Under the pieces are notes generated by a model that was not told the DNA's origin, did not search any database, and worked only from the letters and a program-made list of their open reading frames with translations. A stretch of 64,000 nucleotides of DNA from positions 7,134 to 71,133 of the forward strand of contig CAYSYM010000005.1 of NCBI GenBank assembly GCA_964435115.1, written 5' to 3'. How positions within the stretch are numbered: the stretch's first letter is position 1; each line of letters opens with the position of its first letter. This DNA is from an uncultured Chloroflexota bacterium. GTDB lineage: Bacteria > Chloroflexota > UBA6077 > CF-72. Of this stretch, positions 28,969-40,137 are shown one piece after another. The translations under genes and the position numbers were made by a program.

Positions 28969-31131
28969 TCAGCGACTCGCCGCCGCGGCGCGGGGCCCGC
29001 TAACGGCGGCGGCCGGCGCGTAGACCCGCTCGACGTACTCCGTGACCATGCGATGGGCGCTGAAGCGCGGTGCCAGGCGGCAGATCGACTCCCGCACGTG
29101 CGCCAGCCAGGCGAGCGGGCGGCCCTCGGCGTCGCGCTCGAAGAAGAGCCGCGCGACCTCCTGCTCCAGGAGGTCGGCGAGCTGCTGGGCCTCCGCGGCG
29201 TCGCGCGCTTCGCCCCCGAGGTGCTCCGGGATGCCGGCGCCGAGCGCCCATCCGAGGCCGGGCTGGTAGGTCTCCGCCCACCAGCCGTCGAGGGAGCTGA
29301 GGTGGAGCGCGCCGTTCAGGACAGCCTTCATCCCGCTCGTCCCGCTCGCCTCCAGCGGACGGCGCGGCGTATTCAGCCACACGTCGCTGCCCTGGACCAT
29401 GAGCCGGGCCAGCTCCAGCTCGTAATTCTCCAGGAACACGAGCCGGCCACGGAACCGCGCGTCGCGGGAGGCGTGTACGATCCGCTGCAGGAGCTGCTTG
29501 CCCGGGTCGTCGCGTGGATGGGCCTTGCCGGCGAACACGAGAACGACCGGGCGGGCAGGGTCGCCGCCGAGCAGCCTGGCCAGGCGTTCCGGGTTCGTGA
29601 GCAGCAGGCCGGCGCGCTTGTACGTGGCGAACCGGCGGGCGAAGCCCAGCACCAGCGCCTGCTCCGCCGCCACTCCGGGCGCGAGGCCCGCGCCGCCCTC
29701 AGCGCGCGCGAGGGCGGAGACGCGCGCCAGCAGGCGGGCCCGCTGGGCTGTGCGCGCCTGCCACAGGTCGGCGGGGGCGCACTGCGCCAGCGCCTGCCAG
29801 CGCGCCGGGTCGTGCGGCGCCTCGCGCCAGGATCGGCCCAGGACGCGCTCGAAGAGCGCGCTCATCTCCGGCCCGGCCCAGGTGGCGGTGTGCACCCCGT
29901 TGGTGATCGCGTCCATCGCCTGGGCCGGCGGCGCGTTCCGCACGCCGGTGCCCACGTCGCCCCACATCTCGCGGCTGACGTTGCCGTGGAGCTGGCTCAC
30001 GCCATTGCGGCGGGCGGCGCTGCGCAAGGCCAGCACGGTCATGCTGAACGGCTCGGTGATGTTCTGTGGCTCCCGCCGGCCCAGCGCCATGAGCTGCTCC
30101 CGCGTGAGGCCCAGCGTCTCCCGGTAGTCCGCGAGGTACGCCTCGACGAGGTCGGCGGGGAACACGTCGTGGCCGGCGGCGACAGGGGTGTGGGTGGTGA
30201 AGGCGAGCCGCGACGCCACCGCGGCGGCGGCTTCGGCAAAGGTCGTCGCCGACCCTTCCGCCAGTCGCTGGCGGGCCAGCTCGAGGGCGATGAAGGCCGA
30301 GTGGCCTTCGTTCAAGTGGTAGACGGCGGGCGTGACGTCCGGCCCGAGCGCGCGGAGCAGGCGCGCGCCGCCGATCCCCAGGACGAGCTCCTGGCGGATG
30401 CGGGTGTCGTGGTCCCCGCCGTAGAGGTGGCCGGTGATCCAGCGGTCGTCCTCGCGGTTCTGGGGCAGGTCCGTGTCCAGGAGGTAGAGCGGCACGCGGC
30501 CGACCTGGGCGCGCCACGCGCGGGCCCGCACGGAGCGGCCGGGGAAGGGGACTGCCACCGCGAGCGGCTGGCCATCCGCGCTCAGGACGGCGCTCAGCGG
30601 GACCGACGCGGGCTCGAGGCGGTCGTACCCTTCCCGCTGGTAGCCGCCGGCGTCGATCGTCTGGCGGAAGTAGCCGTAGCGGTAGAGCAGGCCAACCCCG
30701 ACGAGCGGCACGCCCAGGTCGCTGGCCGCCTTCAGGTGGTCGCCGGCCAGGACTCCCAGCCCGCCGGCGTAGACGGGGAGGCACTCGGCCACGGCGAACT
30801 CGGCCGAGAGGTAGGCGACCCGCGGGGCGCCCGCCAGGCGCGGCGGCCGCGTGAGCTCCTCGGCCAGGTCGTCGCGCGCCGCCAGGATCGCCGCGGCGTG
30901 TCGCGCGACGACGCCCGGGTCGGCGGCGCGCAGGACAGCCAGGGGGTTGGACGTCGCGTCCCACGTCGGCGGGTGCAGGGCGCGGAACAGCGCACGCGTG
31001 GGCCAGTGCCACGCCCAGCGGAAGTTGTGGGCGAGCTCTACGAGAGCCGCGGTGAGGTCGGACTGGCCAGGGCGTCGCCGCACGGCTCCGTTTGGCGACC
31101 TCCTTCCAGCCCCTTCGGCAGTGTTCGACAT
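28969..31131 (-). CDS. glgP: alpha-glucan (glycogen/maltodextrin) phosphorylase, GT35
   Basis: EASGTSGMKAVLNGA, the PLP-lysine motif, in a roughly 720-aa short-form phosphorylase. Confidence 0.85.
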   Translation of the reverse strand: MSNTAEGAGRRSPNGAVRRRPGQSDLTAALVELAHNFRWAWHWPTRALFRALHPPTWDATSNPLAVLRAADPGVVARHAAAILAARDDLAEELTRPPRLAGAPRVAYLSAEFAVAECLPVYAGGLGVLAGDHLKAASDLGVPLVGVGLLYRYGYFRQTIDAGGYQREGYDRLEPASVPLSAVLSADGQPLAVAVPFPGRSVRARAWRAQVGRVPLYLLDTDLPQNREDDRWITGHLYGGDHDTRIRQELVLGIGGARLLRALGPDVTPAVYHLNEGHSAFIALELARQRLAEGSATTFAEAAAAVASRLAFTTHTPVAAGHDVFPADLVEAYLADYRETLGLTREQLMALGRREPQNITEPFSMTVLALRSAARRNGVSQLHGNVSREMWGDVGTGVRNAPPAQAMDAITNGVHTATWAGPEMSALFERVLGRSWREAPHDPARWQALAQCAPADLWQARTAQRARLLARVSALARAEGGAGLAPGVAAEQALVLGFARRFATYKRAGLLLTNPERLARLLGGDPARPVVLVFAGKAHPRDDPGKQLLQRIVHASRDARFRGRLVFLENYELELARLMVQGSDVWLNTPRRPLEASGTSGMKAVLNGALHLSSLDGWWAETYQPGLGWALGAGIPEHLGGEARDAAEAQQLADLLEQEVARLFFERDAEGRPLAWLAHVRESICRLAPRFSAHRMVTEYVERVYAPAAAVSGPRAAAASR

Positions 31132-31258
31132 CCCGTCAGGTCCCCTTCACACGACCGGCGGCAGCGCAGTCTACCCAATCATCTGCAAGCTGCACACCAG
31201 CCGGGCCGCGGCGGCGCGCCACGTGCCGGCACGCGCTGGTGCGCGGCGCAGCGGCCCG

Positions 31259-31747
31259 CTAGCGCTCCACGGCGAGCGGCTCGGCGGACGCCCCGGCCTT
31301 CTCCTCGCGCGCGGCGGCGCGCTTGCGCTCGATCTCCCGCTGCCGCTCCACGAGGATCTCGAGGGTCATGCCGTCGAGGATGCGCCGCATCGTCGCCGTG
31401 GCCAGGTGCCAGGCGTCGCGGATCGGGCAGGTGAGAGGATCGGCGTCCGCGCTCTCGGCGTCGTGGAGCCCCTCCTCGGGCGGCACGAACGGGCCTTCCA
31501 GGGCCGCGACGATGTCGGCCAGGCTGACCGCGCCGGGTGGACGGGTGAGCGTGTAGCCCCCGCCGGGCCCGCGGTAGCTGCGGATCAAGGCCGCGCGCCG
31601 CAGCGCCAGCAGGAGCTGCTCAAGGTAGGGCTCCGGAATCGCCTGGCGCTGGGCGATCTCGGTCGCGTGGACGGGGCGCTCCCCGTACCAGCGCGCGATC
31701 TCAACCATGGCGTGGGCGGCGTAGTCGGCCCGCTGTGAGAGACGCAT
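31259..31747 (-). CDS. Rrf2-family transcriptional regulator (a single Cys, so probably not Fe-S)
   Basis: MRLSQRADYAAHAMVEIA… is a typical Rrf2 N-terminus. The ATG at 31747 is preferred over the ORF-track 31783. Confidence 0.75.
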   Translation of the reverse strand: MRLSQRADYAAHAMVEIARWYGERPVHATEIAQRQAIPEPYLEQLLLALRRAALIRSYRGPGGGYTLTRPPGAVSLADIVAALEGPFVPPEEGLHDAESADADPLTCPIRDAWHLATATMRRILDGMTLEILVERQREIERKRAAAREEKAGASAEPLAVER

Positions 31748-31861
31748 CGCGCGCTCATTGTAGGCGCCCTCCAGGCGGCGCACGCGGAGTTCCGCCCCTC
31801 CACGCGGCCGCCGGCGGCCCCGCCGGGCGCTACGCGCCTCCCCCTGGCGGGCTGATAGCTC

Positions 31862-32923
31862 TCACGCCTGGACTCGCTGCCGCGCCGCTCGCCGCAGGCG
31901 GTCCGCCAGGGCCCGGCCGAGGCCGCGGCGCGGATCGGCCAGGTCGCGCGCGAACAGGACGTCCAGGCCGGCCTGGTCGAGCGCGCGCAGCGCGTGGAAC
32001 AGGTGGGCGGCCGACTCACGCGGATTTGCGAAGCTGCCCACGGGCTCCGCCACGACCGACCCGGGCAGGAGGTCGCGGTCCTCGTCGAGGAGCAGGATGC
32101 CCACCCGCCGGCCGGCGGCGAGCGCAGCGGCCACGCCCGCGCGCAGGCCTTCACGCGCGGCCGGCGGCTCGCCGCTGATCAGCACGAGCGGCGTGCGGGG
32201 CGCGTAGTGCACCTCGAACAGCCCCGGCGCGAGCTGAGCGTCCGCCACGGCGGATGCAGGCAGAGCTGCAAGGGGGACGCCGAGCACGGCCTCCACCGCC
32301 TCCGCCGGCACGCCGCCCGGCCGGAGGAGCCGCGGCGGGGCAGCCGAGAGGTCGACGATCGTCGACTCCACTCCGATCGCCGTCGGCCCGCCGTCGAGCA
32401 CGAGGTCGATCCGCCCCCGCAGATCCTGCATGACGTGCTCCGCCCGGGTGGGGCTGGGACGGGCGAACAGGTTGGCGCTGGGTGCCGCGAGCGGGACGCC
32501 GGCGGCGACGATCAGCGCGCGCGCGACCGGGTGGGACGGGACCCGTACCCCCACCGTGTCCAGCCCCGCGGTGACGTTCGGCGGCACCTCGGCCCGCTTG
32601 GGGAGGACCAGTGTCAAGGGCCCGGGCCAGAACGTGGCGGCGAGAGCGCGGGCAGCGTCCGGGACGACTCGGGCGACGCGCTCGAGCTCGGCCGCCTGGG
32701 CGAGGTGCACGATCAGCGGGTCCGCGGCGGGCCGTCCCTTGGCGCGGAAGATGGCCGCGACGGCCGCGGCGTCGAAGGCGTTGGCGCCCAGCCCGTACAC
32801 CGTCTCCGTGGGAAAGGCGACCAGTCCGCCGGCGCGCAGGACCGCGGCCGCGGCGGCGATGCCGGCCCCGTTCGCCGGCAGCAGGCGCGTCTGGAGCGCG
32901 CGGGGCGAGCGGCGGCGGGCCAT
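31862..32923 (-). CDS. L-threonylcarbamoyladenylate synthase (Sua5/TsaC with a C-terminal Sua5 domain)
   Basis: GGLVAFPTETVYGLGANAF…PLIVH…PSANLF are YrdC/Sua5 motifs. At 353 aa it carries the Sua5 C-terminal domain. The start is uncertain, since no SD lies upstream of 32923. Confidence 0.8.
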   Translation of the reverse strand: MARRRSPRALQTRLLPANGAGIAAAAAVLRAGGLVAFPTETVYGLGANAFDAAAVAAIFRAKGRPAADPLIVHLAQAAELERVARVVPDAARALAATFWPGPLTLVLPKRAEVPPNVTAGLDTVGVRVPSHPVARALIVAAGVPLAAPSANLFARPSPTRAEHVMQDLRGRIDLVLDGGPTAIGVESTIVDLSAAPPRLLRPGGVPAEAVEAVLGVPLAALPASAVADAQLAPGLFEVHYAPRTPLVLISGEPPAAREGLRAGVAAALAAGRRVGILLLDEDRDLLPGSVVAEPVGSFANPRESAAHLFHALRALDQAGLDVLFARDLADPRRGLGRALADRLRRAARQRVQA

Positions 32924-33102
32924 GCGGCTGGGTGGTCGGTGGTGGGGGCCGGTGTCGGGTGTTGGGGGATTGGGGAGGAGGATAGCTGGCGGCCGCGGCC
33001 CGGCGTCACAGCTCAGCCGAGGCGCCCAATCCGACCCGTTTCGGGAAGCCCGGGCGGTCGCCAGGCGGACGGTGGCTGCCTAGAATCTCCGGCTCATTCC
33101 CC

Positions 33103-34617
33103 ATGCACGGCCCGCCCGCGACGCTCGACAGTCCGGCCAGCGCCCCGCCCGACGCCGCTGACGCGCGCCAGCTCTGGCAGGCCGCCCTCGCCCGACTCCA
33201 GGGGCAGACCAGCCAGGCGCACTTCCAGACCTACCTGCGCGACACGGTCGGCGTCCACTACGACCCCGGCGCGAGCGTCCTGCGGGTCGCCGCCGGCAAC
33301 CCCTTCCACGTCCCGTGGCTGGAGGGCCGCTTCAGCTCCGCCGTGCACACCGCCATTGCCGACGTGCTGGGCGCGCCGGTCCGGGTGGAGTTCGTCGCCC
33401 AGGCGCGGTCGCCGAACGGGTCGGAACGGCGGCGAGCGCCGCTGCGGCCCCTGGACGTCCTGCTGGACGCGCCGCCGGCTTCCCCAGCGGCCGCCGCCGG
33501 CCCAGCGCCGCGGGCGGACCCCGGAAGGTCGGCCGGACAGGCCGACCGTCCCGAGACGGCCCGGTCCGGCGCGCCCCGGCTCCTGGGCTCGCCGCTCAAC
33601 CCGCGCTACACCTTCGCCACCTTCGTCGTCGGCAAGGCCAACCAGCTCGCGCACGCCGCCTCGCTGGCGGTGGTGGACGAACCCGGCCGGGCCTACAACC
33701 CGCTCTTCCTGTACGGCGGCGTCGGGCTGGGCAAGACCCACCTGCTTCACGCCATCGGGCAGGCGGTCGTGGCGCGTGCCCTGAGCGTCGTCTACGTCTC
33801 CTCGGAGACCTTCACCAACGAGCTGATCGAGGCCATCCGCCAGCACCGCACGGACGATTTCCGGGCCAAGTACCGCCGCGCCACGGTCCTCCTGATCGAC
33901 GACGTCCAGTTCATCGCCGGCAAGGAGCGCACGGAGGAGGAGTTCTTCCACACGTTCAACGCACTCCACGAGGCCGGCGGCCAGATCGTCCTGTCCAGCG
34001 ATCGGCCGCCGCGCGCGATGACGATCCTGGAGGACCGGCTCCGCTCCCGCTTCGAGTGGGGCCTGATCGCCGACGTCCAGCCGCCCGACTACGAGACGCG
34101 GATCGCCATCTTGCGCTCCAAGCTCGTGGGCCCGGCCGCGAGCGCCGTCCCGCCAGAGGTGATCGACTTCATCGCCCAGAAGGTGCAGAGCAACATCCGC
34201 GAGCTGGAGGGGAGCCTGAACCGGCTGCTCGCCCACGCCCGCCACCTCGGCCAGCCGGTGACGGTGGAGCTGGCGGCGGCGGCGCTGCGCGAGCTCGTCG
34301 CACCCGGGCCGGCGTCGGGGAGCGCGACGCCGGAGGCGGTGCTGCAGGCGGTGGCGCGCTACTTCGGCGTGCGCGTGGACGACCTGAAGGGGAAGGCCCG
34401 CCACAAGGAGATCGTCGTGCCGCGCCAGGTGGCCATGTACCTCCTGCGGGCGGATGGACGCCTCTCGACCCCGGACATCGGCCGCCTGCTCAACCGGGAC
34501 CACACGACAGTCCTCCATGGCGCCAGCCTGGTGGCCGCCGACATCGCCCGGGACGGCCCCAGCCGCAGCACCGTGCGCGGCGTGCGCGAGGTGCTGGCCG
34601 CCGCCCACGCGGCCTGA
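33103..34617 (+). CDS. dnaA: chromosomal replication initiator protein DnaA
   Basis: AAA+ Walker A (GGVGLGKTHLLHAIG), DnaA boxes III/IV, and a C-terminal DNA-binding domain (…RDHTTVLHG…). Confidence 0.9.
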   Translation: MHGPPATLDSPASAPPDAADARQLWQAALARLQGQTSQAHFQTYLRDTVGVHYDPGASVLRVAAGNPFHVPWLEGRFSSAVHTAIADVLGAPVRVEFVAQARSPNGSERRRAPLRPLDVLLDAPPASPAAAAGPAPRADPGRSAGQADRPETARSGAPRLLGSPLNPRYTFATFVVGKANQLAHAASLAVVDEPGRAYNPLFLYGGVGLGKTHLLHAIGQAVVARALSVVYVSSETFTNELIEAIRQHRTDDFRAKYRRATVLLIDDVQFIAGKERTEEEFFHTFNALHEAGGQIVLSSDRPPRAMTILEDRLRSRFEWGLIADVQPPDYETRIAILRSKLVGPAASAVPPEVIDFIAQKVQSNIRELEGSLNRLLAHARHLGQPVTVELAAAALRELVAPGPASGSATPEAVLQAVARYFGVRVDDLKGKARHKEIVVPRQVAMYLLRADGRLSTPDIGRLLNRDHTTVLHGASLVAADIARDGPSRSTVRGVREVLAAAHAA

Positions 34618-34638
34618 GCCCGCGCGCCGGGCGCCGGC

Positions 34639-35391
34639 TCAGGCGAGATACCGCTCGAAGGTCAGCCACCGCAGCCCCACCCACACGGCGCCACCGCCCA
34701 CCGCCAGCAGCAGCGCCACGACGCCCGCCAGCCGCAGGCTGCCGGGGAGGCCGAACATGAGGCCCATGAGCACGACGATCAGCGGGCCGATGAGGGCGCC
34801 GGTCAGGTGGTTGGCGGTGCGGAAGTCGCGCGAGAGGAGGGCCAGCAGCAGCGCCACGCCGACCGAGCAGGCGACGGCGGCGAGGAGCACGAGCAGCAGG
34901 ACGCCCACGTAGGCGAGGCTCACGAGCCCGAGGGAGAGGAGCACCGCGGCGTCGACCACGAACAGCGGGAGGACGACGGCCAGCGCCACCAGGAGGGTGG
35001 TGAGCAGCTTGGCGACGATGATGTCGGCCACGCCCACGGGCAGCGCCATGAGCAGCTCGAGCGTCCGCTTCTCGCGCTCCGCGACCACCGTGTAGGTGGC
35101 GGACACGGAGGGGACGACGAGCCCGCCGAGCGTGATGAACAGGGGCAGCATGGCGCGTACGTAGAGCTCGACCGGGTCGCCGAGCTCGGCCAGGCCGGCC
35201 GGCAGCGGGAAGCGCGTGGGGAACGTGCCCGCCGTGGGGTCCGCCCGCAGGGCGAAGAGCTGGCTGAGGGGGACGACGAGCAGCAGCAGGATCGGCAGCA
35301 GGGTGGCCGAGAGCACCGCGCCCCGGCTGCGCACCACCTGCCGCAGCTCCTTGGCCAGCAGCCTCCGCACGGCCGGGGAGAGGAGGGTCAC
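34639..35391 (-). CDS. ABC-2 family transporter permease
   Basis: 6-TM ABC-2 permease. Its GTG start (VTLLSPAV…) overlaps the TGA of the upstream ATPase as GTGA. Confidence 0.7.
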   Translation of the reverse strand: MTLLSPAVRRLLAKELRQVVRSRGAVLSATLLPILLLLVVPLSQLFALRADPTAGTFPTRFPLPAGLAELGDPVELYVRAMLPLFITLGGLVVPSVSATYTVVAEREKRTLELLMALPVGVADIIVAKLLTTLLVALAVVLPLFVVDAAVLLSLGLVSLAYVGVLLLVLLAAVACSVGVALLLALLSRDFRTANHLTGALIGPLIVVLMGLMFGLPGSLRLAGVVALLLAVGGGAVWVGLRWLTFERYLA

Positions 35392-36380
35392 GCGTCGCTC
35401 CGTACGAGGTCCACGAACAGGCGCTCGAGCGTCGGCTGGAGGAGCTGGCACTCGTAGATGTCGAGGCCGTCGGCCAGCAGGCCGCGCAGCAGGCCCGGCA
35501 TCTCGGCCGCGGCGTCCCGGACCGGGATGCGCACGCCACCCGCGTTCGCCTCGTCCAGGGCCGGGTCGAGTCCGCGGGTGCGCAGGGCGGTCGCGAGGGC
35601 CGCGTCCCCCTGCCGCGCCGCCAGGCGCGCCTGGGGGAGCCCGCGCTGGCGGAGGGACGCCAGCGGCTCGTGGAGCAGCACCCGACCGCCGCGCAGGATG
35701 ATCACCTCGTCGCACAGCGCCTCAGCCTCGGCGAGGTTGTGCGTGCACAGCAGCGTCGTCCGGTTGGCCATGGCCTCGCGCAGGAAGGCGCGGACGTCGT
35801 GCGCCGCGACCGGGTCGAGGCCCACTGTGGGCTCGTCGAGGAGGAGCAGCGTCGGCTCGCCCAGCAGCGCGGCTGCCAGGACGACCCGGCGCTGGAAGCC
35901 GCCCGAGAGCTGGGCGAGCATCTTGTCGCGGTGCGGGCCGAGCTCAAAGAGTTCGACCACCCGGTCGAGACTGCCGCGCCCGTAGAGGCTGCGGGCGAGC
36001 GCCAGGTACTCCGCGGTCGTCACGTCGGTGTACATGCCCGGTCCCTGGGGCACGATGCCCGTCCGCTGGCGGGCGGCGGCGTAGCCGGGTCCGCCGACGC
36101 GGACGCCGAGCAGGCGCACCTCACCACTACTGGGCTGGATGGCGCCCTGGAGCAGCCGGATGGCGGTACTCTTGCCGGCGCCGTTCGGCCCCAGCAGGCA
36201 CGCCCGCGCGCCCGGCCGGATGGACCAGGTGACGGCCTCGAGCGCGAGGGCGCCCTGGCGGTAGCGTTTGCTCACCTTCGAGAACGCCAGCGCGCACCCC
36301 GCCGCCGCTGCCGGGCCGTCTGGCGAGCGCACTCCCCCAGTATACGTGGGGCAACCGTGAGCGGCGGGCTGCGGGCTCAC
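35388..36380 (-). CDS. ABC transporter ATP-binding protein
   Basis: Walker A (GPNGAGKST), signature (LSGGFQRR) and Walker B (LLLDEP). Its GTG start overlaps the upstream permease TGA as GTGA. The N-terminal extension is uncertain. Confidence 0.8.
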   Translation of the reverse strand: MSPQPAAHGCPTYTGGVRSPDGPAAAAGCALAFSKVSKRYRQGALALEAVTWSIRPGARACLLGPNGAGKSTAIRLLQGAIQPSSGEVRLLGVRVGGPGYAAARQRTGIVPQGPGMYTDVTTAEYLALARSLYGRGSLDRVVELFELGPHRDKMLAQLSGGFQRRVVLAAALLGEPTLLLLDEPTVGLDPVAAHDVRAFLREAMANRTTLLCTHNLAEAEALCDEVIILRGGRVLLHEPLASLRQRGLPQARLAARQGDAALATALRTRGLDPALDEANAGGVRIPVRDAAAEMPGLLRGLLADGLDIYECQLLQPTLERLFVDLVRSDA

Positions 36381-37227
36381 AGGTCGCGGCGGGCGAAGGC
36401 GTACGTCGCCGCCAGCAGGAGCGCCACGGGGTACAGCAGCGCCCAGACGAGGAAGGCGGCCGTCGGGGGCTGCGAGGAGGCGAAGGGCAGGATGCCGCTC
36501 GCGCTGCCACTCGCCGCCAGGAGGGCCGGGGTCTGCAGGTAGTAGGACGCCCCCCGCCAGAGCGCGTCGCTCGGGACGAGCAGGCTGACGACGATGCCCA
36601 GGTTCTGCATGGCCTGGTTGGCCAGCACGCTACCCACGAGCTCGACGACCCCGCCCAGCCAGGCGAGGCCGAACAGGGTGAACACCACGATGCCGTTGGC
36701 GAGCGTGGAGAGCAGCGTGCTGCCCAGCACACTGAGCGTGAGCAGGAGGAGCGCGCTGAGCGCCATCAGCAGGAGGGCGGGCACGGGATTCGGCAGCTCG
36801 AGCCCCGCGATCAGCCGGCTGACGAGCAGCAGGAGCGACCCCATCGCCGCGACGTAGACGACCAGGAGCGTCGCGTACCCCAGCCAGCGGCCAAGGAGGA
36901 AGTGGCTGCGGCGGATGGGGCGCGCCAGGACGGCGTGCAGCGTGCCCGCGTCGACCTCACCCGAGATGGCGCCCACGGCGAGGAAGAGCGCGAGGACGCT
37001 CGCCAGGAAGTTGACGGCGTACATGCCCAGGAGCGCCAGCAGCGACATGGCGACCGGGACGACGAGCCGGGTGCGCGCATTCGCGGCCGTCTCCAGCGCC
37101 TTTCCATAGGCGAACCAGAAGCCGAGGGCGAACAGCGCCACGAACAGCAGGCTGAGCACGATCCCGGCCAGGACGAGCCGGCGCGAGATCGCCTCGTGGA
37201 TGGTGAAGCGGGCGACCTCCAGCACCT

Positions 37228-37231
<4 letters not shown>
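36377..37231 (-). CDS. ABC-2 family transporter permease
   Basis: Polytopic ABC-2 permease. Its GTG start (VKVLEVARFT…) overlaps the upstream ATPase TGA as GTGA. Confidence 0.7.
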
Positions 37232-38167
<936 letters not shown>

Positions 38168-38190
<23 letters not shown>

Positions 38191-39034
38191 GCGTGAGGTC
38201 GATCGACAGCCCTGGCCCGGCGCCCACGCCGTAGACCCGGTCGCCTTGCTGCCACAGCACGCCGCTGAACAGGCCCGACCGCTCCTTCAGCAGGATGCCC
38301 TGCGTCCCGGCGACCCGCGTCGGCTGCGAGCTGAGCTGGTCGGTCGGGACTGGGATGGGCAGCGTGGTCCGCCAGTCCGGAATCGCGCGAAGCTGCTGGA
38401 CCGTCTCGGGCGGGAGGCCCGGCAGGTCCAGCAGGAAGGCACGTATCTCATCCAACGACACCTTGCCGTCCACGCCCGCCGCCGGCGCGCCGGCCTGGCC
38501 GACGACGAGGCCCGGGCCGGTGTCGGTGGCGGGGTACTGCAGCAGGACGGCGGCTGGCATGGAAACGACCAGCGTCGCGCCATCGAAGCTGTCTGGCAGG
38601 CTGACGTCGGGTCGACCGATCGACTGGTAGTAGGCGCGTGCCTTCGCCTTGTCGAACGTGAAGCGGAGCTCGCTGGCTGGCGTGACCGTGATCTGAGGGG
38701 TGGCCGCGATCGTGGCCGGGAGCGTCGCCGGGTCCGGCTGCTTGACCGTGAAGCCGACCAGACGCGACGCCTCTTGCACGGTCTTGACGGCCTGGGCCTG
38801 CGTCCGGCCCGGATCGCCGCCCTGGAGCGTGCCGAGGCGGCTTAGCTCCCCCAGGGCGGACTGAGCCTGGGGTCCGACGGTGACGACCGTGAGCTGCTGG
38901 CTGCGGAATTGGGCCAGGAACGCTGCCGCGGCGGCCTGGCCCTGGGGCGTCCCCACCACGAGGGTGAGGAGGAGGGCGGTGGCGAGCCCGCCGAAGGCGA
39001 TCCGCCAACGGTAGAAGGTGAGTGCGAGGGTCAC
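38168..39034 (-). CDS. membrane-anchored extracytoplasmic protein of unknown function (possibly DUF4367/LolA-like); first gene of the ABC operon
   Basis: A single N-terminal TM segment followed by a soluble domain of about 250 aa. No catalytic motifs recognised. Confidence 0.45.
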
Positions 39035-39149
39035 TGGACAGTCCTCCCGAGAATCTGCTGCCTTCCATTCTGCAGCCGGCGCCCGGATCCGCCAATGCAG
39101 CGCTGGGATACCGCCGTTCCAGCGCCGGGCGGGGCACCGCGTCGGGCCC

Positions 39150-39180
39150 TTCGAGCCGGCGCGGCCCGCGGCCTATACTC
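39150..39180 (+). promoter_or_regulatory. promoter candidate TTCGAG-19-TATACT upstream of moaD
   Basis: A TATACT -10-like hexamer, unusual in this GC-rich background, about 55 bp upstream of the moaD start. Confidence 0.25.
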
Positions 39181-39232
39181 CGCAGCAGTGCCCGACTCCG
39201 TTGCTGTAGCCCTGGGAAGTGGTGGCCCGCAC

Positions 39233-39469
39233 GTGCGGGTGCGCCTGTTCGCCGCCTACCGTGAGGCCGTGGGATCGGCCCACCTGGACGTCCCGCTCGC
39301 GCCGGGCACCTGCGTTGCCGACCTCCTCCAGACGCTGCGCGAGCACCACCCGAAGCTCATCGCGACGCGGGGGCTCGTCGCCGTGAACCGCGAGTACGTC
39401 GGGCCCGAGTTCGCGCTGCGGGACGGGGATGAAGTGGCGCTGATTCCTCCGGTCAGCGGCGGGGCGTAG
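39233..39469 (+). CDS. moaD: molybdopterin synthase sulfur-carrier subunit (MoaD/ThiS fold)
   Basis: VRVRLFAAYREAVG…EVALIPPVSGGA, with the GTG start at 39233. It lies immediately upstream of moaE. The terminal GG is followed by an extra Ala. Confidence 0.6.
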   Translation: MRVRLFAAYREAVGSAHLDVPLAPGTCVADLLQTLREHHPKLIATRGLVAVNREYVGPEFALRDGDEVALIPPVSGGA

Positions 39470-39471
39470 CA

Positions 39472-39927
39472 GTGTTCCAGGTGGTCCCCGGGCCGATCGA
39501 CGGGCTGGCTCTGGAGGACGCGGTGCGCACCGACGCCGATGGGGCCGTCGTCGTCTTCCGCGGCGTCGCCCGCCGGTACTCGCGTGGGCGGGAGGTGGTG
39601 CACCTGGAGTACGAGGCGTACCCGGAGATGGCCGAGAAGGTGATGGCCGAGATTGGCGACGAGATCGCCGGGAAGTGGCCGGCCAGCAAGGTCGCCATCG
39701 TCCACCGCACCGGCGTGCTCGCGATCGGCGAAGCCTCCGTCGTCGTCGCCGTCTCGGCCCCGCACCGGGACGCGGCCTTCGCCGCCTGCCGGTACGCGAT
39801 CGACCGGCTGAAGCAGGTCGTGCCCATCTGGAAGCGGGAGGTGTGGAGCGACGGGTCGGAGTGGATCGGCTGGGAGCACCAGCCCGCGCCGGCTCCCGCC
39901 GAGTCGGCGCCGCCGCCCGCTCGCTGA
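39472..39927 (+). CDS. moaE: molybdopterin synthase catalytic subunit
   Basis: About 150 aa with …VVHLEYEAYPEMAEK…IVHRTGVLAIGEASVVVAVSAPHR, as in MoaE. Confidence 0.8.
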   Translation: MFQVVPGPIDGLALEDAVRTDADGAVVVFRGVARRYSRGREVVHLEYEAYPEMAEKVMAEIGDEIAGKWPASKVAIVHRTGVLAIGEASVVVAVSAPHRDAAFAACRYAIDRLKQVVPIWKREVWSDGSEWIGWEHQPAPAPAESAPPPAR

Positions 39928-40137
39928 ACGCTGCCTGGGCCCAGTCGGACGGCACCCCTCGCCCCGTCCGGCCAGCGCTGCCTGGAGGCGCCGCCGGCCG
40001 CGCTAGCACACTGCAGGGCGCGAGGGCTGGAATCATGCGTCAAGCTCTGGCGGTGGGATGTCGTCAATCCCGTGGAGTCCCCCGGCGGCGCGGGCGAAGC
40101 GAGGAGCCGGCCGCGTGGGGGCTTCTAGAATGGGGCG

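Noticed and set aside
32940-33100. oriC immediately upstream of dnaA
   Set aside because: No TTATCCACA or TTGTCCACA-like boxes and no AT-rich unwinding element in the 180-bp divergent region. Reported only as an open question.
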